Origin: Candidatus Bathyarchaeia archaeon
Lineage (GTDB): Archaea > Thermoproteota > Bathyarchaeia > Bathyarchaeales > Bathycorpusculaceae
Direction of reading: 5' to 3'
NCBI GenBank assembly: GCA_038727135.1
Contig: JAVYWL010000003.1
Location: 64,001 to 128,000, forward strand
Length of the DNA: 64,000 nt
In this document: positions 58,967 through 64,000 of the stretch, in pieces
How the letters are laid out: the number at the start of each line of letters is the position of its first letter
Position numbering within the stretch: the stretch's first letter is position 1
Position numbers and translations under genes: made by a program
Notes under the pieces: model-generated
What the model was told of the DNA's origin: nothing
The model's database searches: none
Seen by the model: only the letters and a program-made list of their open reading frames with translations

Positions 58967-60048
58967 GTTTTAGCTGCTGACTCCGCAACCTTCAAAACTT
59001 GCTCGTAATAGCGCGGTCCATAAGTCAATGTCATTTGGTGGAAGCACTCGCCATCTTGTAACTCAACTTTTTCAAGGTTTCCTTCAGCATAAACCATTTC
59101 ACCTTTCCACGCCTGCATCCTAAACTCTTCAAGATAGGAGACAACCCTTTTTAAGTCTCTCACCTTTGGGCCTTCAATAATTTTAACAGTTTCAACATGG
59201 TAGATTGATGGCATAAAAGGGGCTTCTGAATCATCTTTTATGCGTAGAAGCGCCTTAACCCAGCCTTCACGGGTAATTCTCCTAACTTGACTGTATTCGT
59301 TTTTTATTTCACTCCAGTCTTTCACTGGTTCAAACTCAACCTTGATGGCCCTTCCGGAGGTTTCGTCGTGGAAAACTCCATAGATGAGCTTGCGCCGTTG
59401 ATGCCAAATAAACTCTTCTGAGCGTATGTTCTTAAAGCGCCAAGCCTTCCCCTTAATGGATGAGTCATCTTCGAACTCGTTAGAAAAACCCGAATTCTCA
59501 TCCATGTAAAGTTCTTGTAGAACCTCACGTATGCGCTCAAGATTTTTCCTCCCATAAACAACCACGTCTATGTCAGAGAATTTTGGATGGTAGAAGCCTT
59601 GGAGAAGCGAGCCGAAAACACCAAAATCCATAATAGACAAGCCGGAACTAACCACTGTTGCTTCTAAGACTTTTTGAAGAGCCTTTAGAAGCTCGTCCTT
59701 CGGTTCTTTTTCAATAAGCCTTTTTAGGACTTCCTCCGGCTTTTTTATGCCCGCCACATTAGAGTTTTTCACGCCGACAACCTTTCTGCCAATTGGCTCA
59801 TACAGAATCATGTATTGTGGATAGTTTGCCTCTATAAAGCGCCAGCCTTCATCCTCATAAAACTTGTAAAAGACATTTGCGCCATCGGTTCTGTAGGCTT
59901 TAGGGTTGGCAGACTTAAAAAGATTAGAAGGCGCATACTCAGCATCGCATACGAAACCATCTGACGGATGAGTATAGCCAAAAACGCGGAAGATTAAGCC
60001 TTCACGTGTTATTATTGCGTCGCGGTCCCTAAGCCTTAAACCGGCCAA
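58963..60048 (-). CDS. Predicted nucleotidyltransferase (COG1665-like), paralogue 2
   Basis: GVFGSLLQG...SDIDVVVYG. Confidence 0.8.
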   Translation of the reverse strand: MAGLRLRDRDAIITREGLIFRVFGYTHPSDGFVCDAEYAPSNLFKSANPKAYRTDGANVFYKFYEDEGWRFIEANYPQYMILYEPIGRKVVGVKNSNVAGIKKPEEVLKRLIEKEPKDELLKALQKVLEATVVSSGLSIMDFGVFGSLLQGFYHPKFSDIDVVVYGRKNLERIREVLQELYMDENSGFSNEFEDDSSIKGKAWRFKNIRSEEFIWHQRRKLIYGVFHDETSGRAIKVEFEPVKDWSEIKNEYSQVRRITREGWVKALLRIKDDSEAPFMPSIYHVETVKIIEGPKVRDLKRVVSYLEEFRMQAWKGEMVYAEGNLEKVELQDGECFHQMTLTYGPRYYEQVLKVAESAAKT

Positions 60049-61073
60049 ATGTACTCTTCCTCGCTCTCAGCAGTTCCGACAACAACTTGATAAAAGGCTT
60101 CACCGCCGCCAACCCTCTCCACCCGTTCCAGCACCCCGGAAACCTCTATTTTCTGGTTGCTTCTGGCTATGTTTCTGTAGCATCCAATCATGGAGACAAC
60201 GGCCCATGGAACCATTTCTCTTGGAAGCTTTGATTTTTTGTTTAATGGTGTGTAGTCTTCAATCTTGTATATGGCTGGGCGGAACATGGCTTCGCTGTCA
60301 TCTTTAACCTTGCATTGGAATTTGACTGGCGCGATTGGCGTGTAAAAGTACTCGCCATACTTGGTTGTAACTTCTTCTGGTTTACGGATAGCATTGTACA
60401 TGAAGATTTTCTCGCGGTAACGCCCCTTAAACCGTCTCGCCGCGTCCAGACGGTTGTTAAAAACGTAGCTTAGGGTTCCCTCCTCAACAAGCTTGTTAAT
60501 TGCTTCCTCCACCTTGCGGAAGTTCTGGCTTCCATAAACAACAATGTCTATGTCAGACTTTTGAGAATGCATGTTTAGTGCTACGGAGCCGTGAACGCCA
60601 AAATCGTCGAGGGCGACCTCTGAAGCGCTGGAAACCAAATTCACAAAATCAAGGGTCATCCTTTGCAGTTTATCCAGCTTTTTCATTTTCAAGAGGCGTT
60701 GGAGGCATTCCCTTGGAACATAAATCCTCCTAATTTTCTTTAAAGGCACGCTGATAACATCTTTTCCTCTGTAAGGGCAATGGTAAACATAGTCCGGGAA
60801 ATGTGTCCGAAAAACTTCTAGGAAGGTTTGGTAGTTTTTCGCTGTGTAAAGCTTTTCAGCCCTTAAAAGCTCGGTTCGTCCATAACGCCATGTTCTCCCC
60901 AAAAGGCGGATATTAAATAGTTCTTTAAATTTTGATGGAATATACTTTAGAAAGGCGAGGACACGCTTTTCCGGGTGCTCGTACCCAAATACGTTTAGTA
61001 TGAAGCCTTCTCTGGTTGTGAATGTGTCTCCGTCCATTGGAAGCCAGTTTTTAGGCGCAGTCGTCAATGTCAC
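60036..61073 (-). CDS. Predicted nucleotidyltransferase (COG1665-like), paralogue 3
   Basis: GVHGSVALN...SDIDIVVYG. Confidence 0.8.
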   Translation of the reverse strand: MTLTTAPKNWLPMDGDTFTTREGFILNVFGYEHPEKRVLAFLKYIPSKFKELFNIRLLGRTWRYGRTELLRAEKLYTAKNYQTFLEVFRTHFPDYVYHCPYRGKDVISVPLKKIRRIYVPRECLQRLLKMKKLDKLQRMTLDFVNLVSSASEVALDDFGVHGSVALNMHSQKSDIDIVVYGSQNFRKVEEAINKLVEEGTLSYVFNNRLDAARRFKGRYREKIFMYNAIRKPEEVTTKYGEYFYTPIAPVKFQCKVKDDSEAMFRPAIYKIEDYTPLNKKSKLPREMVPWAVVSMIGCYRNIARSNQKIEVSGVLERVERVGGGEAFYQVVVGTAESEEEYIWPV

Positions 61074-61150
61074 CTTGTTAGAATTTGGCTGACTGTTTTA
61101 AAAGTGTTGATGCTGAGGAGAAAACGATTTAAGATTAACGGTGAAGACTT

Positions 61151-61636
61151 TTGACGGGTATGCTGGTGAGTTCTCTACATCCCTATGTAGTTTTCCTTCC
61201 AGCAGAAGAAAAAGACCGCATACTAAGCGCAATTTTCGGCTCCAAGGCTTCCCTTGACATTTTAAGATTCTTCCTTAAAACCGGAATTTCGAACAAAGTT
61301 TACCAGAAAGACCTTGTTAAGGGGCTTTCCTACTCAAACAAGACTATAATTGGGAACTTGAAGGTTTTGACTAAGCTTGGAATCTTAACAGAGGACATGG
61401 AAAAGAAACAGCATGAAGGACGAATAGTGTGGGTTAAATCCTACAAGCTTTCAGATGCCGGAAAATGGTTCGCCCTTCTTTTGGCTGAGGAAAAGGAACT
61501 TTCAGACAAGGAAAAGGCAGAAATATTACAGAACATTTTCAGAAGCTACATAAAATGGGTAAAAAACCTATCGGAAAAACTCCACGTGGAAAAGGCCACA
61601 TTTAAAAGAATCTTTAGCGAAGAGATGGAAGGCTAG
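61151..61636 (+). CDS. Winged-helix DNA-binding protein
   Basis: YQKDLV..LSYSNKTII..LKVL..LGIL...YKLSDAGK. Confidence 0.7.
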   Translation: MTGMLVSSLHPYVVFLPAEEKDRILSAIFGSKASLDILRFFLKTGISNKVYQKDLVKGLSYSNKTIIGNLKVLTKLGILTEDMEKKQHEGRIVWVKSYKLSDAGKWFALLLAEEKELSDKEKAEILQNIFRSYIKWVKNLSEKLHVEKATFKRIFSEEMEG

Positions 61637-61647
61637 AAGGTGCAAAA

Positions 61648-62190
61648 TTGAAAACCAAGGTCGCAGTCATAGCCGTATTGGGAGGCAAAGAGTCAGGCAA
61701 AACAACGACAATAGAAGCCTTAACAAGGGAGCTAACCCGCCGAGGCTACAAAGTTGCAGCCATAAAACACATTCCAGAGAAAGACTTTACAATCGACACA
61801 AGGGGCAAGGACACTTGGAGATTCGCCGAAGCCGGAGCAAAAACAGTGGTCGGCATCTCGCCAAAAGAAGTGGCCACTATAGAAAAGGGCAGCGCGAACA
61901 ATTTTTCCCTAGAAGCCATAATAGAAAAATGCCAAGACAATGACATAATCCTAATTGAAGGTTTCAGAAAAATTTTGGGCAAAAACTCCAATATACCAAA
62001 AATAGTGGCGGTAAAATCTGAAGAGGAGGCTGCTGAAGCCCTAAAAGCCTATAAGCCCATAATAGCCTTTACAGGACCCTACTCGCCGATGATAAAAGAC
62101 TTGCCGGCTCCATACTTTGATGTTTTTAGGGAGCAAGCCGAACTTGCGGAGCTTGTGGAAAAAATTATAAGGGAAAAAAGAGGTTTTTGA
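61648..62190 (+). CDS. mobB: Molybdopterin-guanine dinucleotide biosynthesis protein B
   Basis: SGKTT, AIKH, D..GKDTWRF..AGA, LIEGF. Confidence 0.9.
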   Translation: MKTKVAVIAVLGGKESGKTTTIEALTRELTRRGYKVAAIKHIPEKDFTIDTRGKDTWRFAEAGAKTVVGISPKEVATIEKGSANNFSLEAIIEKCQDNDIILIEGFRKILGKNSNIPKIVAVKSEEEAAEALKAYKPIIAFTGPYSPMIKDLPAPYFDVFREQAELAELVEKIIREKRGF

Positions 62191-62204
62191 AGTAGCCCCT
62201 TTAC

Positions 62205-62318
62205 GGAGCGCCCATGTTTATTTGTGGGGTTTGGAGATTCCGAGGGGAGAAGGGGGAGAAAGGAGAGATTTTCAAAAATAGAAGTGGTTTCTCCAAACCT
62301 TTCCACTTTTGGGCGTTC
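62205..62318. repeat. Structured intergenic element, copy B (related to 10908-10987)
   Basis: Stems GGAGCGCCCA/TGGGCGTTCC and GGTTTGGAGA/TCTCCAAACC enclosing AGGGGAGAAAGGAGAGA and TTC-AAAAATA-GAA. Confidence 0.6.
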
Positions 62319-63488
62319 CTATAGGGCTTTAAAGGCTTCAAACCATCTGTTGTATAGGGCTAGCATGTCAAGGGAGACGCTTGGCTTTCTCTCTTCAAGA
62401 ATCTGTCTAAAATCGCTCATCCGCAGGGGCCTTGGCTTGGCAAGCTTGTTTGATGCTTGACCAGACTCGAAGAATTCGCCTATAACTTTTAGGTGGGCTG
62501 CTTGGCAGACGTCTTTTATGTCGCTTCCTGAAAAGCCTTCTGAAAGCCTAGCCAACTCGTGCAAATCCACATCTGGAGCCAAGAGCAAATTGCTCGTGTA
62601 ATGCTTAAACATCATTAGGCGGGCGTGGTGGTCTGGAAGTGGCACAAGGATACGCTTTTGGAAACGCCTAATAAAGGGCCAGTCCAAATCCCAAGGCTTA
62701 TTTGTGGCGCCAATAACATAAACGTGAATGTTCTTTCCCTTATCTATTATGCCGTCCATCTCCTTCAAGAATTGATTTCGCACTCGAACTTCGCCGCCAA
62801 CCTCGTTGGAATGCTTACCCATCAGAGAGTCTAACTCATCAATGAAGATTATAGCTGGCTTCTTATCCTCCAAAGCAGACTTCCTAGCAGACTCAAATAA
62901 GCGGGCAACATTCTGCTCAGCCTCACCCAGCCACTTAGACATTATTGAGGCGGCATCCACAGAAATAAAGACGGCGTCAATCTCTGTTGCAGCGGCGGCA
63001 GCCAACAAAGTTTTGCCACACCCGGGTGGCCCAAATAGAAGTATGCCCCTAGGCCACCCAAGTGGGAAAAGGTCTGGTCTCTGAACCGGGTAGATTATGG
63101 CTTCCTTTATGGCTTTCTTTGCAGTGTCAAGTCCAATAACCTCGTCCCATTTCACATTTGGCTTTTCCTTAACAATTAGGTCTTCATAACTAGCCTTCCT
63201 CTCCTCGCCCACCTTTCCTCCTTCAACACCTTTAGCTTCTTCCGCCCTTGGCTCTGCTGGACCAACAGCGCCCTGCAGCACTTTAATTCTCTCTTGATAG
63301 GCTATGGCCCTTTGAATGTAAACCTTGTTTAAGCTGTAATCCGGATAAAGCTGAACAAGCTTCAGAAGGGTTTCTATAGCCTTCTGATACATGGTTATGG
63401 CCATGCCTCTGGCTCCCTGCTTGTCTAGGCGGACAGCCTCTAATGCATAGTTTGTTGCAGCCTTTTCCAGTTCCTGCGAAGCTTCCAT
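62319..63488 (-). CDS. cdvC: Vps4/CdvC AAA+ ATPase with MIT domain
   Basis: N-terminal MIT helices, GPPGCGKT, SKWLGE, FIDELD, ATNKPW, RRFQKR. Confidence 0.9.
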   Translation of the reverse strand: MEASQELEKAATNYALEAVRLDKQGARGMAITMYQKAIETLLKLVQLYPDYSLNKVYIQRAIAYQERIKVLQGAVGPAEPRAEEAKGVEGGKVGEERKASYEDLIVKEKPNVKWDEVIGLDTAKKAIKEAIIYPVQRPDLFPLGWPRGILLFGPPGCGKTLLAAAAATEIDAVFISVDAASIMSKWLGEAEQNVARLFESARKSALEDKKPAIIFIDELDSLMGKHSNEVGGEVRVRNQFLKEMDGIIDKGKNIHVYVIGATNKPWDLDWPFIRRFQKRILVPLPDHHARLMMFKHYTSNLLLAPDVDLHELARLSEGFSGSDIKDVCQAAHLKVIGEFFESGQASNKLAKPRPLRMSDFRQILEERKPSVSLDMLALYNRWFEAFKAL

Positions 63489-63495
63489 AAGGAGT

Positions 63496-64000
63496 TCACC
63501 TTCTAGCTTCGATCTTTATCTTACCTTTAGCCCCAAGACTTTGGAGGGCTTTTTCAATATCTTCGTATGAGGCGCCCAACTCCCGAGAGCAGCGGGTCAA
63601 GTCTATTTCGCCTCCACTTTTCCGAACATATTCTAGGAGGGCGTCTTCAAGCGTCGGCTTTCCAACTCGGAGCGAAATCTCTTGGATTTCAGCCTTTCTG
63701 AAGGAGATGAGGTTTTGGGAGCTGCTCCCTTCGGCTTCAACTGTTTCGCCGCCAACAGACTGGGAGCATGATGCAGCTAGGGCAACCATCTGCTTAATCT
63801 GGGCTTGGGCAGGCTCAAGTTTTGCCTCCAGCTTTGGCGCTGGTGCTTCCTCCTGCATAGCGGGCGGTTCAGGAAGCTTCTCAGCCAACCTCCTCTCCAA
63901 GAAACTTGAAACTTCTTTCAGAATTTGTTCTCCGGCTGGTGTAACTCTGTCAACTGGGATTATTACCTCATCTGCTGATATTCGTGTAGAATAAATTGTT
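63496..64000 (-). CDS. cdvB: CdvB/ESCRT-III-like protein, C-terminal part with wHTH; runs off the window end
   Basis: Frame open to the window edge (TIYSTRISADEV...EQILKEVSSFLERRLAEKLPEPP); wHTH tail; directly upstream of cdvC. Confidence 0.65.
   Translation of the reverse strand, partial: TIYSTRISADEVIIPVDRVTPAGEQILKEVSSFLERRLAEKLPEPPAMQEEAPAPKLEAKLEPAQAQIKQMVALAASCSQSVGGETVEAEGSSSQNLISFRKAEIQEISLRVGKPTLEDALLEYVRKSGGEIDLTRCSRELGASYEDIEKALQSLGAKGKIKIEARR

Noticed and set aside
62224-62460. 78-aa ORF and the many other short antisense ORFs in the track
   Set aside because: Shadow frames of well-supported genes or of the structured element, with no motifs.

Overview
An archaeal chromosome segment, most consistent with Bathyarchaeia: archaeosine tgtA, intron-containing tRNAs, SmAP3, fwdDBAC-mch, cdvB-cdvC, dockerin-tailed secreted proteins and a Zn-ribbon tyrosine integrase. 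Housekeeping and metabolic genes flank a ~15.1-kb tyrosine-integrase element inserted at the 3' end of tRNA-Pro(GGG), bounded by 27-bp direct repeats at 17854-17880 and 32931-32957. The main finding is a second element nested inside it. This 6.6-kb segment (21917-28524) has terminal inverted repeats and a perfect 13-14-bp target-site duplication, and it splits an ORF that rejoins in frame when the segment is removed. Its only recognisable recombinase is a stand-alone Cas1. There is no cas2, no CRISPR array and no family-B DNA polymerase; a small AEP-primase-like gene and an MTase plus EVE/NucS-like nuclease pair are present instead. It looks like a PolB-less, casposon-like Cas1 transposon. Also notable: a TPP riboswitch upstream of thiC, two distant copies of an unannotated structured intergenic RNA-like motif, three adjacent nucleotidyltransferase paralogues, and an in-frame amber codon in a CdvA-like gene. 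All calls are by eye; no database searches were run.
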